A stretch of 60,451 nucleotides of DNA, filler included, from Jimgerdemannia flammicorona (Eukaryota), in NCBI GenBank assembly GCA_003990765.1. It is 3 parts of 3 records of this genome, joined end to end, with 100 filler letters (N's around TTAATTAATTAA, not from the genome) between each part and the next. Parts side by side here need not be neighbours in the genome. Positions count along the whole stretch, not along the records: positions 40,371 to 60,451 come from RBNJ01001767.1; 2 more parts are not named here. The stretch is one strand, 5' to 3'. Position numbers and translations under genes: made by a program. This document shows, in pieces, positions 40,371 to 54,529 of the stretch. Numbering within the stretch: position 1 is the stretch's first letter; each line of letters begins with the position of its first letter. Below the pieces are notes generated by a model. It saw only the letters and a list, made by a program, of their open reading frames with translations. It ran no database searches and had not been told where the DNA came from.

Positions 40371-43300
40371 CTCCCCCAGCCAATGTCCCGGCATCTGCAC
40401 AAATCCCCCAGCTTGCCCTACATTGTAACACTCCTCACAATCAAAATGGCCACCATCCACCAGATGCCCAGTGCGAAAATTCAGCATGACATTCCTCCGC
40501 AGCATTCGCCACCACACCACCCAGTACTTGGGAGGAAGCCATCTCTGCACCTCAGCACTCCAAGACCAGATACCCGCCCAGTCCCACTCCTCACCGATCC
40601 CTGCCCCCTGCCAGCCACTTGGTCTAAGGTCCTGGCCAAGACCCTGCTGACACTCCACCTCATCTCCAAGATTAAATGTTTCAATTGGAGCACCCCCCAG
40701 CAGCAGTCCATCCCATCGCCACATATCAGGCCCCCACACTCCCTCCCCCTCATTGCCTTGCCAGCGCAGACCAATCCGGTGGGTGCCATCCACCACCCCC
40801 CACCAAAAGCCCTTGAACCGCAGCCTCCTACTTCCATTCAGCCCTACCAGAGCGAGCAGATCTCTGGAGGACCCTCGAGGGGAGGTCCTCATCTCCCACA
40901 CCTTCTGCAGCAGCGGCACCCAACTCCCACCCTGTAGTTCAGCAGCTCTTTTCAACCACCAGGCATGTAAGCAGTACAACTTCTTAGGGAAATCTATAAG
41001 GCCAAGACCCCCCCTGACCACTGGTGTTGCAAGAGTATCCCAATCAATCTGGGACCTCCTCCCTGCCCAAATCCAATCTCTTGCTATCTTCGTCAGCCTC
41101 TTCACCACCCAAGCTGGGAAGTCCAGGTGATAGGCCATGTACCACAGCTTGGGGAACCAGTACACATTCAGAATTGACACCCTCCCTGCCAGAGAGATAT
41201 GGTGGCCTCCCCAGCTGTGAAGGGCCTCCCCCCAAATGGTCACCCTGCTCTCCCACCACCCCCATGGCAAGACAGAACCATATACTGAAAGGAAGATGCC
41301 CAGGTATCTCACCACCTCACCCGTGGGGACAATTGTTCCAATGACATCCCCACCCACTAGCCCATTTCCAAGCACCATTGTCTCACACTTATGCCAGTTG
41401 AGCTTCACCCCTGAGTATGCCTCATACCATTCCACTGTCTCCTTAAGAGCCTCGACATCTGCCACAGACCCAAGTCTGACCACCATATCATCAGCAAAGG
41501 CCCCCACCTTCCACACCAGACCATATATAGAGAGCCCTGCCACCTTCTGGCGAATTCTGTCCATCAGTGGCTCTAACAAAAGGGCATAGAGAATAGGGGA
41601 CAGAGGGTCCCCCTGAGGAACTCCTCTATCTAAGGGGAATGCCAGACCTCAGTGACCATTACACATCAGCGCCACTTGACTACTCTCCAGCAGACTCAAC
41701 ATAGAAGTCTGAAATCCTGGTGGAACACCAATTCGGTCCAACATCTTGCCCAGCCAAACCCGTCATACTTGGTCATAGGCCTTCTCCTGGTCCAAAAAGA
41801 CCAACCTTCCATCCAGACCACAAGTCCGGGCCCCTTCAATCACACCATGCACCCATGCAGTCCCATCTCTTATAAGCCTATCTCCAACAAAGCCTCGCTG
41901 CTCCTCCCCCAGCACCTGTTGGACAACTTTCTGCAGTCTTGCAATGATCACCTTAGTCACCATCTTCCTGTCCATATCCAGTAGCATGATTGGTCTCCAA
42001 TTCTTCCAATCTTCCCTCCTCCCCTTGTCTTTGTACAATAAGGCCACCAGTCCGAGGTCCTGCTCTCCAACCCACTCACCACTCTGAAGGACATGGTCAC
42101 AGAGAGCAGCCATCTCACCCAAAATGCCCGGGACCTTCACCATCTTCTTCCAGAAGTCCCATGGCAACCCATCCTCCCCTGGTGCCATTCCAAGCTTAGT
42201 GGCTGCAAGGACACTCTGGATCTCCTCTCCTTGCACCAGTAAGATCAAGTCACCCAGTCCGTCTACTTGCAGCAGTCCCCACTCTTCTAGTGTATCTGCT
42301 ATCACCCCCCCCTCAGCACCCCCTTCTCCCTTGCTCCACAAACCCTGCCATCTCTCCTTCAATACCCCTAAGATTTGTTGTGTGCCATGCACCATGTTGC
42401 CCTCAGCATCTAGGATCCCCTCCCACCTATGTCGCACCCTCCTAGCCTGAAGGAGTCTTGATAGGTACCTAGTAGGCCTCTCACCCTCCTCAAGCCCCTG
42501 CCACCATAGCCTAGCAGCCATACCACGCATATGAGTCTCCTCCTCATCTCTCAGTACCTGCTTCAGCTCCAATATCTCCAACTTAACCCACTCTATCCTC
42601 CAATCCTCCACCCCATCAGAAGCAAGTAGATCTGTCCAATCCATTTGTAGTCTTCTCAGCCTGCCAGAAGCACACCTTGTGCACTCCTTCCTCCACCTCC
42701 CAGCAGCCTTACCAGCTCCCCCCCAATAGACCCTTGCAGCCTCTTTCAGTCTCATCCAATGGACCCCCACCGACAAACCCTCCTGCCTCCAAATAAGAAC
42801 CTTTGCCTGAACATCCTCCACCCATGAGTCCCACAACCCCTTCTTAGCCAGCAGGGAGGAGTTAAGGCACCAATGTCCGGGTCCATCTCCACTCCCCCCA
42901 AACTGCCCCTGCCCCAACAGTCCCTAGTGATCAGACCATGGGCACCACTCCACCCCCAGCATCTTCCAAACATCCAACCCCCAACACTCGGCCATCAGAA
43001 TCCAGTCAATTCTCGTATCTAAGCCATTCACCCAATGTGTGTAGACCCTGGAGTCGCCCCACCTGGATCTGCCCATATCCCCTAGGGAACTCAACTTCTC
43101 CACCTCCTCCCATGCATCCAGACCCCCACTTCTCTCCCCTGCACTCCTCCCTCCATCAGTTCTGTCTAGACGCTGATCCCAAACCATGTTAAAGTCTCCA
43201 CTGAGAACATCAACTCCTTCCTCCAACAGAATACCCTCCTCCAATAGTTCCTCAATCCACACAATCCTCTCTCCCCTAACTGCAGGACAGTAGCAAGAGC

Positions 43301-43607
43301 CAACCCTCACCAGCTCCCACCCCGGCTGCAGCCAATCACCCCAGACCAAATGATCACCCCAGTTCTTGATTCCCTCCAAGTCTCCTCTACCCTTCCTCAC
43401 CAGAATCGCCACTTTTCCAAACCAAGCAGTAGCCCCTCCCCATTCCCTAGTCCACTCCACATGATCACCCTCATCCTCACACCGAACATCCTGTAGTAAA
43501 AAGAGATCAGCCTCCAATCTCTTGAGCCAAGTAAAAATGCTTTTTCGCCTCCCAGATCCCTGCAACCCATTCACATTCAACGATAAAATGTTAGTTGTAC
43601 TGTTCAT
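40371..43607 (-). pseudogene. LINE ORF2: AP endonuclease plus reverse transcriptase
   Basis: ILSLNVNGL, GDFN, RIDW, SDH; KNWRPIMLL, LDQEKAYD, GVPQGDPLSP, AFADD. One frame with a few nonsense codons. Confidence 0.93.
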
Positions 43608-45700
43608 AAGGAATAATGTTGAAAGAGTGATCCCACCATCTACAAGTCCACATTCTGCTCCTCCTGTACCAAGTCCGAGTCATGCTCAGCAGCCAGTTCC
43701 CTTTCCCCAGCATCCTGTACCTCCAGCCCTTTCAGAAGTTCTACCATTGCCCCATCTTCTTTCTCCTCAAAGTCCTCATGATACTCCATGCAAGCCTCCC
43801 ACCAGAACTGCAGACCACGATGCTCAGCCCAACAGTAGGCTGCCCACTCACCCGCAACCACTACCAGCTCTGCCTTCCTTGCCTCATCAACCTCATACCC
43901 CTCCTCCTCCAAGAGGATTGCCAGAATCTCCACCCCCAGCACCTCCATCACCCCATCGCCACGCAGAATACTGCTCAGTGCTCCTCAGGCATTACCTGCA
44001 GGTCCACATCCCCCAATGCCTCAGCTGCAAGGTTATCCATCACCTTGCTCATCCACAGCAAGTTCCCCACCTCCTTCCCTCCCGGAGTCCCCGGCTGCCC
44101 TGCATCCAACATCGTGGTGTCAGCACCTACACTGGCAGCCTCATCCCATGTCTCCTCAGGGACGTCCACCAGCTCATCCTCTCCAACCGCCACCACCTGG
44201 CCCCCTTTCGCCACATCTGGGACACCAAAGGTAACATGCTGGGCCCCCTGCATCTGTATATCCTCCACCACCACTCTCCGCCCCACTGGGCCCCTCCTGA
44301 CTAGAGGGGGGAGAGTGCTATCAGACTCCTCCTCCCAAACTTCAAAAGTACCATCGGCATAGGGATCTCTGCCCAGCACCTTCGCAGCCCATTCCTCTGT
44401 CACCACTGCCTCCTTCCCTCCTTCACCAGCCCATACACTGGCTTTGACGCCTCCAGACTCCTCAGCCCCATCCACCTTCCTCTTCTCCCCTCCTGTCATA
44501 CTTGTCAAGAGCTCCCTCTGCCTCTTGCGGCCCTGGGCCCTCTCCCACTGCTTCTTATCAGTGCGCACATGCTTTCCATTCACAATCTCCAGATGCGTCG
44601 ACTCCTCAAATAGCTTCCAGGCTTTTGTCCTCCTCTCCACAGCCCCACCCAACTCCTCCAGCGCCTCCAACAAGTCCTCCTCCTCTTCTTCACTCCCCTT
44701 CACCCTCGACACCTTACAGACGAATGCCCCCCACATCAGTACCGAGGGCCAGTCACTCATCTTCCCTGTGGCCTCCTTCCCTGCCAGCCAGATCCTGACA
44801 TCGACATTGCCCGTCCTGATTGTAGTCTCCTCCCACACCTGAAATCCAATGTCCACCACATCACCCTACTCCACCATCACCTCCTCCACCCTCTTCCTAG
44901 TCTCCTCCTTAGACACTGTGGGCACCCCCCTCACCAGAAGCTGCACTACCCTGGGGTCCCACCTCAAGCACCGCACCATGGGTACCACTACCTCTCCAAC
45001 CACAACTCCAGTCTTCAGGGCCTCATCCAGTGGGCCCACTTCCTCAAAACCCACCCCCTCATGCCCTTCAAGAACTTCACTGAGGCAGCCCCCACCACTT
45101 GCTTTGAAATCAGCCCCAGAACCATCCTCGCCATCACCACCAAGCCCCGGAAGCACAATGTGACCGTGAACTCCGAAATCGACTTCTTGAGCAATGGGGC
45201 CACCACCAGCCCCATTACACCATCCGCCAGGTCCCCCTCCCGCATCGGGAACCCCTGACCCCCCTGGCCATCAGCCGTCACATCTCTTTTTTTTTCACGA
45301 TTCACTGTCACACCCCCATCAGCAGTCCCACCCCCAGCCACAGCTCCTCCAGACCCTACACTCATACCTCCAACCTGAGGACCACCCCCCCTCTCAAGGC
45401 TCGCCTTGCCCTTCCCCACAGCAGCACCAGCCCTGTCTCCAGCTCTGTCTCCAACTGGCCATCCACTCTCCTTCACCTTGTCAGCAAAGCTGGTGGGACC
45501 AGTCCTTCCCCTGTTACCACCCAATACTGGTCCTCCTCCAGAGCCCTCTCCACCTTTCAACCCTCCAAAGGCCCCCATCCCCAGGCCAAAACCCCTCCCC
45601 ACCTCCTGCCAGCCGAAAGCCCCAGCTCCCCCTGACCCAGTACACCCGTCGGAACTCTTGCTTGAAGACATATTGATAGTACCTTCTCTCCTAGTAGTAT
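40371..45700 (-). mobile_element. LINE (L1/Tx1-like), ORF1 plus APE-RT ORF2; 3' end cut by contig edge
   Basis: ORF2 motifs as listed in the next feature; G-rich ORF1 fragments 43640-45671 with stops and frameshifts. 5' boundary approximate. Confidence 0.9.
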
Positions 45701-47329
45701 CGAAAACTGTTGCTTGAAGTCTTGTGTAATGGGAATTGTACCGGAGAAAGGTATTGGTAATGATATCATCTCTGATAGAGTAGTTATCTAGAAAGAGTGA
45801 TTCTTGGATTACATCTCTCTGTTCATTTACATATGTAATAATATGTTGAAACTATATTACTATTCTACAAAATAGTATTATCTTTCTTATATTCTAGATA
45901 TAGTATTAGTGAGCAGAGAAGAGGTATATTGTCTTTGCTTTTATCAGATTCACTGTTAGTATATCTTTAGTAGTTTATGGTATTATATATTATAGAGTTG
46001 TAGTATACTGTCAGCTATTGTTTTTTTTTGCTTATACTTAGGAGGTAGAGTTATTAGTTCTATCTTAAGAGTTGTAGAGTATATTCTCCAGTCTCTTCAT
46101 TATAGTTGAAGAAGTAGGTATAAATGTGGATTAATACTTATACCAGTGGTCATTATTCCAATAGATCTCATATACAGTTATAAACTATTATAAGTTCATT
46201 GGTAAGGTTGGTATAGTGATCAGAGTTGACAGAGTTAACAGAGATTCTTGACTAGAGATCATATCAGTGTCTCAGAGATTGTTGTCTTCTACTTTATTAT
46301 TATCAAACTAAATTATATTATAGATATCCTTTATGATATATTCAACTTAAGATATTTGTAGGATATAATCATCTGGGTGTAGGAAGGATCTGTTTGTAAT
46401 TTGGACATATTTAATATATTTGTGATTAAGTTCTTATACTATGTCATTGATTTGACTATAGGTCAGGGTAACAACCATTTCAGTAGTAGTAACTCAGAGA
46501 TAGGAAATAAAGATACTATACTTATAAAAGAGTTCATAGTATTTGTGGGTAATGAGTTTCTGATATTAAGACATTTTAGTAATATCTATATCATAGTTAT
46601 AATTAATTATATCTTCTAGAAGATGGCTGATCTGATAGTAGTTTGATATTTGTCTGATTCAGTGAACCTCACTAAGTATGTTTAGAGTATTTTATCAGAC
46701 TTCTACAAAATAGAGAGATACATACTAGACTATTGGATATTTATAAGAAGTAGGGGTGCTGTGGCTTAGTTGATAATAATATTTCAAATTTTAGTATTGA
46801 TATAGTTGTAGACTTCAGTAGTTATAGCTGAGTTTATATTTGAGAGTTATAGTTGTTATTTGTTATGGTTCTCTATTTTGATATACTGTATATTTGATAT
46901 ATATGTTTTCAGTCCTAATTGGTAAAATTCTATTTTTGTAAATCTTATGTTCTGTGACTTTGGTTTGACTCAACTTTGTAATCTGACAGATGATTTCTGA
47001 ATTTATTCTAAGGGTGATATGTGATTTCAGTGGCTTAGAGATTATATACTTATAATCAAAGCTTGTACAGAGTCAATCAAAAGGCTATAAGAAAAACTTC
47101 ATATACTTTTGCCTAAGAATAATCAATCTGCCTCTAGTTCACCTTTATCTGTTATAACTATTACAACTGAAATTATTATAGATTATATATCTCTATCTCT
47201 AAATAGAACATTTTCTTACAGATTAAGTATGAGAAAAAGGAGTATTATCTAAGAAATATTCTACAATATATTGTAGATACTTAGTTAGCTAATCTAATCA
47301 TTATAGATAGTTCTTAGCTAGTTTACAAT

Positions 47330-47537
47330 ATAGACAAAAGTAATTTATATAGCCCAAGATCTATAAGACTGAATTATAGCCTTAAATCAGAGGCTAATAG
47401 CAGAGACCAGTCACTCTGATAGTGGTCTTAAATATTGAAATACTATATCTTATGGCCTTAAATCAGAGGCCAGTCACTAAGATATTGGTCTTAAATTAAC
47501 TAATTATAGGCCAAATATTTATTTCAACTTTACAGTA
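47330..47537. repeat. Possible DNA-transposon terminus with subterminal repeats
   Basis: Repeated GCCTTAAATCAGAGGC and GGTCTTAAAT units ending in TTTACAGT; no partner end found. Confidence 0.3.
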
Positions 47538-47909
47538 ATTGGGAGACTGTTTATATAACAGTACAACAAAATATACTTCTATCTACATTATTATGAGTTC
47601 TTCATTACTGTATCACTATTTGAGGCTTAGTTGTTGATAATTGGGTAATGTTACTTTTTTTTTTTTTTGTCAAAGATTTTTCAGCAAGTAGCCAATTTCC
47701 TTATTGAGGCCATATGAATTCATAAACCCAGCAGTTTATAAGATATAGTTGTAGTCCTCCATCTATGCTATATCAGCTACTATTGACTTTTGTTAGACAA
47801 TTTGATCTGAATCAACTAGGGTCACACCATTGTAAGACACTGAAATGGGGCTTAAGTCCTTATAACTAGTACTTCTATATTTATTAAATATGTACATATC
47901 TCTATATAG

Positions 47910-50900
47910 TGTGATGGTCAATCTGAATTAGTAACATGAATCAGGAGAATTAGACATTTGATTGTAGTACCTGAATTTGATTCCCAAATATAGCTTAGCC
48001 TTACCAATAGTAGTCATATTTCGCCAAGAGCAGAAACTTTAACATTGGCAAAGTTTTGGGAGATGGCAAAATCTTTACAGATGTTAAAAGATTTAATACT
48101 GGTCATACTTAGCTACTTTATAGCTAGTAATCTTATATAAATAACCCAGTATCTTAGAGTGAATTAACCTCAGATCAAAATAGTTTAAAGCAAAGAGAAA
48201 GCAAAGGAACTAGTAAGCCTGTGGGCAGATATACTTTGAACTTACCTATCCCTGCATTCCAAGGACTCTGCAGAGTCAAAGAAGATCAAGTTTTCAAGAT
48301 ACAGAAATCCAATATACTTCCAAGATTAAGTGTCTACTATGTTACAACTTGGTGTCCATTGACTGGTGATTCAAGATGAATCCCTCACTTTCAAGGAGAA
48401 TAACAAATAACTGCCACCACTCAAACAACCATACAAACTGAGTTAAGATATCTAGACAAGATAGATATGAGACCACCAGTATTCTATGAATATATCTCAG
48501 ATAAATCAATCATTACCTTCATTGATGATTTTGAGCAGTATGCCACTGTAAGGACCCTGACAGCAGTACAGCAAGTAGCCCTCATTTTCTTCAGCCTATG
48601 AGGTCTTACCAGAGCAGCATTCACAGCCACAACTTATACAGAAAATGATGCTGATGTCATACTGATAGCACAGAAGACCTGGCTCCAAAACACCTATTAT
48701 ACAGATAAGATCAAGCAAGCTCTGAAGGACCAGCTCAATACAATATACCAAGGAATGAGTAAGGACTCAAATACATTCTATACCAGAATACAATATCAGA
48801 TAATTCTTGCAGATTATGCTAATGCTATCTAAGATTAAGTAGCTGAAGCAACCTTCATAAAAGGAGTCCACCCAGAGATAGCTATGGTCATTTACATATT
48901 ACCAGTAGTTCTGGATCTACCACAAAAGGTCACCTATGCTCAGCAATATTGGATAGCCAGACACTCACAAGACCACACAATGGAAAGAGTCACTAGAGTT
49001 AGAATTGAAGTACCCAAGGCAACTAGTATGACCCCAACCACAATGATCAATTGAAACACACCTCAGCCAAGAGCTACAGAGCAGCAGAGAAACAGCAACC
49101 CTATGGAGGAGCTTGCCAAACAGTTCACTGAAATGACTGCCCACCTAGGAGATATAGTAAAGATAATCAGAAGAAGAGACTGCTGTCTAGTTCAGAAGTT
49201 TGCTGCCACTACAGACAAGAAGAAAGGTATCTGCTACAGCTGCAGAGAGGAAGGCCACTACTCTTATGAATATATGAGTGAAACCAAGTGCAAGGCCCAG
49301 CCAAGCAATACTACTAGAAATAAAGAATAGGCCAACATCATCATATTCGAGGAAATTAGAAAATCAGATGAAGAATGGGAGACCTATCCTACACAGACTA
49401 CCAAAAAGAATATTCATAAGGAATCTTACAAGAGGCCACCAGGAAGACCTAAGAAGAATCTGGTAGAAAAACAAATAGAGACAGCCACAGAATGCCAAGC
49501 TGAAGAAATAGATCTAGATATGGAGCTTGAGTAGGCAGTTCAGGACATCATTCAAGGAACCACTCCAGCCAGTGAAGGAGAAAAGGAGAAGAAGCTCTGC
49601 AAGATCAAGACCTTTAAGTATGATATCTTTAAAGACCTCAGCCAACAAAAGGTCAATGCAACCTTTGGTCAGCTCACAGAAATTTCCACCTTCAGACAGC
49701 AAATGAGATTTGGACTAGTAGAAATAACCAAGGAGCAAGGTTGGAAGATAACTGAGGCCAACAATGTTCAAGAAGACTCTGGAGAAGAAAGTGAAGACAA
49801 CCACAAGACTTCTGCCTATGCAACCTGCCAAATCAAAGACAGAATCTTTGAGGCCATCATTGATACTAGAGCAGGAGGATGTCTCCTTAGCAAAAAAGCA
49901 GCAGACTGTCTAGGTTGGGAAGTTGAAGAAGCAACCAAGTTGGTGTTTGTCACAGCTAATGGTACAAGAGCCACACCTCTGGGAAAAATTTGAGATATTC
50001 CCATTAAGTTGGGAGGAGCAACCATCCCAGTAGATATAATTGTAACCAATATAACCAACTATGAGATCCTCATCAGAAATCAATGGCTTCACAAAGCCAG
50101 AGCAATAATCGACCTCAATACACAAAAGATGCAGATCATCTACTGAGGACAGAAGATATAAATTCCCATTAATGTCAATAAAGAAGTCCTGCCCAATATG
50201 GAGGAAGAAGAGAGTGAACAAGAGGAAGCTTATATGGTAACTACTCAGAAAAAGAAGGTTGGATGGATGAGTGAAGAAGAATGGTACAAGAAGATCATAG
50301 AAGAATATGCACCACAAGGAGTCAGCTCCCATGGGATCAAGATGTACTATATGGAGCATGTCAATGATTGCTACCAGTGTACTAGCAGAATCAGGAATAT
50401 CTACCATAACCATGAAAGAAGACAGAAGGCTCTTGAGGAACAGGCCAAAGAAGAGGAGAAAGAAGATGATGAACCACCAGCCCTCCTGGAGAACAGTGAT
50501 GATGAAGAAGAAATCAAGATCAAGATCCAGAAGATTCACCCCAATGCAGTTCTACCAGAATACAAGTCAGAAAATACAGCTGGAATAGACATTGCCACTA
50601 TAGAAGAAACTGTACTGGAGCCCTAGACAACTACTCTACTTACAACTGGTCTAGAGATAACCATACCAAAGAACTATGTCAGAATCCTCAAGACAAGAAG
50701 CAGTCTGGCTAAAAGTGAAATTACCATTGAAGGAGGAGTCATCAACTTAAACTATACTAGAGAAATACTACTTATTGCTAGGAATCACAACTCTACTATT
50801 CCATTCCCAATTAAGAAGAAGGACCAACTGGCACAAATGTTAATCTTCCCAGTCCTACAACCAAAGATCATAGAGGTCAAGAAGTTGGAGGAAACAGAAA

Positions 50901-53900
50901 GAGGAAGGAAAGGATTTAGATCTACTGGAAGAGGAGTATTTACCAGTACCAAGATCACCAAACTGGACCACAAGAAGGAGGAAACTATAAACAAGCATAG
51001 CTATACTATTGGAAATGAGTTTTCACTCAAAAAGGAACTCAAGAAGATACTCTATAAATTTGAGGATGTCTTTGCCACAGACTTCAAGGATATCAGAAGA
51101 AAGACTCTACACTACTACCATGATATAGACACAGGAGACACCAAACCAATTTATCAGAAGGCAAGACTCATTCTGCCAGCCTACCATGAATGGCTTAGGG
51201 AAGAAATCAAGCAGATAGAAGAAGCTAGTATTATCAAAGAGGCCAGCAGTTCTTGGGCTTCACTAGTTATACTAATCCTGAAGAAAGGAAGCAAGTCAGG
51301 AGAATTTGCCCCAAGACTCTGCACCAATTATAGGAAACTCAACCTAGTCACTAAAAAAGATTACCAACCACTGCCCCTTATCAGTGATATCCTTGTAACC
51401 CTAGGAGATAAAGCACAGTATTACAGCACCTTGGACTTATACTCAGGATTTTATCAAATCAGTCTCACAGAAGCAGCAAGTGAAAAGTCAGCCTTCATCA
51501 CCCCAGATGGAACCTATGTCTATCTGTGAATGCTATTCGGAATGTGTAATACACCAGTAAGCTTCTAGTGAATGATGAACAAAATCTTCTGCTATGATAT
51601 GGGAAGATGGATAATGGTTTATGTAGATGATATAATTATCTACAGCAAGACAGCCAAAGAACATCTGTGACACATCCAGCAGATAATAGAGAAGTTGAGG
51701 AAGCATGGTCTTTACATCAAGCCCAAGAAATACAAGTTCACAGAAATTGAGATCTCCTACCTTAGTCATATCATCAACCAAAATAGAACATATATAGATG
51801 CTCTTAAGATATAAGCAGTAGCAGTATATCCAAGACCCACTATTGTTACTGAAGCCCAAGTCTTCATGGGACTCACCTCCTACTACTGAAGATTTATTAG
51901 AGGATTCTCTAATATTGCAGGTCCAATCTATGAACTCAACAAGAAAGATACTAAGTTTCAATAGACTGGCAGACAGCAACAAGCATTTGACAAGCTCAAG
52001 GTCAGACTGACCCAAGCACCCATCCTTAGAAGACCTGATTGGACTCAAGAATTCATTCTGCAGATAGATGCAAGTACATGAGGACTAGGAGCCATCCTGG
52101 TCTAAAAGAAAGACAAAGTAGAGTATGTCATCACATACCTAAGTCAAGGAATCCAAGGAGCTGAAAAAGAATATAAATCATACAAGTTGGAGTGCCTTGC
52201 AGTCATCTGGGCTGTAGAAAAGTTCCACTACTATCTGGCTGGAAGGCACTTCACTATTCAGATAGACCACTCAGGCCTCATCTGGCTACTGACCACTAGA
52301 CAACCCAAAGGAATCTATGTCAGATAGATCATAAAGTTGCAAGCCTATGACATAACTATTGTGTACTGCCCAGGAAGAACCATTGCCAATGCAGATGTCC
52401 TCTCATAAATACTCCAAAGGACTCTCAACCAATAAACCAATAATAAATAAGAAGTTCTACTACAGAATCATCACATACCTGGGACAGTGAAAGATGCCCC
52501 AACATCTGGAAGAATAGACACAAACAATTATCAATAGAACATAGAAACAATTCGAAATCAATAGAGAAACACTGAAGAAAGGAAAACTACTAGTCATATC
52601 AGAATACAAGAAGAAGCAAGCAATGAAATCAGTACATGAACTCAGCCATCTAGGAGGAACCAACATATATGATAAAGCAAGAAGAACAATATAGTAGTCA
52701 GTAATAGAGGAGGATATCAGACAATTTGTCAGGACCTACAATAAATACCAGAAATAGAAACAAGATCAATATAATCAGACCCCAGGATCAGTACACATAG
52801 AACCAGTACCCTTCACCCACATAGTAATAGATATAATTGGCCCACTACCTCTGACCTTGACCAGCAACTGATATATCATTGTCATTGTAGACCTTTTTAT
52901 GAAATAGATAGAGGCAGGACCCCTCAAAAAAGCCAATGCACAGTCAATTGCTGATTTCTTCCACAAAGAAATCATCTGCCAATTCAAGACTTCAACACAA
53001 GTGACCACAGATAGAGGAACAGAATTTGTGAACCAGTTCCTTAAGATTCTCTACAAAAAGTATAAGATCCAGTATATTTGGACCATAGCATATCATCTCT
53101 AAGAAAATGGACAAGCAGAAAGGACAAACAAGACCCTTAAAAATGTTATTGTCAAAATCTGTAATAACTACAAAAATTGTAATCACTATCTGTCAATAGT
53201 ATTATTGGCTCTCCAGGATATCTGACTAAGAAATGCTGTTCAGAGAAGAAAGTTCTCAAGAAATCCTATTGTCTAATAGAGATGTTATATGGAAATGAGT
53301 GAACACAGAGATATGGAAACTATACTAAATCAGGAAGAAGGCTGAAGATTACATAAATGAGGTGCAGACACTACAGTAGAATAATGTAGAAAAGATTCAC
53401 AAGCCCCTGGAGATTATCAAGATAGGAGACAAAGTCCTGGTGTATTGGAATATAGTAGAAGCTTTATGGTCACAAAAACTAAAGCCTAAGTGGGAAGGAC
53501 CTTACCTTGTACAAGATATAAAAGAGACCACCTTTTGGCTACAAAAACTCTCAGATACAATCATTCCCACTACCATCTACTGAAACTAACTCAAGAAGTA
53601 CCATGAACAGTAAACAAAGTAATGTAGCTGCTCTCAGGATCACAAGTGCTGCCCAATGAGCCATAGAAAGACAATAGTGTTCTACTGAGCCACCCACAAT
53701 AGAGAAATCCTTTGACAGCATCCAGAGTATAGTCCAGACCCACTTGTTATGAATTTCACATTTCAAGACATACCAGAACTGAACTGAGTTTCCGGAATAC
53801 TTCAGGCTAGGACAGCTACTGAATTCAAAGCCAAAGATGGGAAAAGAAGACTGGATTAAGAAATGTCAACTCTCCTATACTCAGATTACAATCACTAAGA

Positions 53901-54506
53901 GAGTGCACAAGTTATTCAAAGATGATGAGCCAGCTCTAGTGCATTTTCAAGAAGTAACCCCAACTGACTTTAGATATATCAAGAGACAACATTGGAAGAA
54001 TATCATGGCACAAATCGTACAGTACAAGGAGATACAAATCATGGAAGCCTGGAAGTTTGAGTGAATAGGATACTTTAGAGATAAATCACCTATTCAGAAG
54101 GAAGTTGTAATGGTTAATCTGAATTAGTAACATGAATCAGAGGAATTAGACATTTGATCACAGTACCTAAATCCAATTTCCAAATATAGCTTAGCCTTAC
54201 CAATAGCAGTCATATTTCACCAAGGGCAGAAACTTTAACATTGGCAAAGTTTTGGGAGATGGTGAAATCTTCACAGATGTTAAAAGATTCAACACTGGCA
54301 GAAAATGACTCATTACTTAGCCACTTTATAGTTAGTAAACTTGTATAAATAACCCAGTATCTTAGAGTAAATAAATCTCAGATTGAAATAGTTCAAAGTA
54401 AAGAAAAAGCAAAGAAACTAGTAAGCCTGTGGGCAGATACACTTTGAACTCACTCAAGATACAGAAATCCAATGTACTTCCAAGGTTAAGCATCTGCTAC
54501 ATTATA
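47910..54506 (+). mobile_element. Ty3/Gypsy family B copy 2, complete with both LTRs and 4-bp TSD
   Basis: LTRs 47910-48346 and 54106-54506; TSD ATAG at 47906-09 and 54507-10; PBS-like TGGTGTCCATTG at 48350; dUTPase ~50512-50930; RT YVDD near 51620; colinear with copy 1. Confidence 0.96.
53603..54064 (+). pseudogene. Accessory ORF3 of family B (154 codons, frame intact, internal stops)
   Basis: ATG 53603 overlaps the integrase end and is in frame with ORF 53837..54064; internal stops are TGA/TAG of the CGA/TGG-decay type. Confidence 0.75.
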
Positions 54507-54529
54507 ATAGATAAGTATTTTCATATCAA

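Noticed and set aside
40383..45717. Pro/Ser/His-rich plus-strand ORFs
   Set aside because: Antisense shadows of the G-rich LINE ORFs.
45760..47330. AT-rich segment as a classifiable transposon
   Set aside because: Looks like hypermutated relic DNA, but no diagnostic motif could be read.
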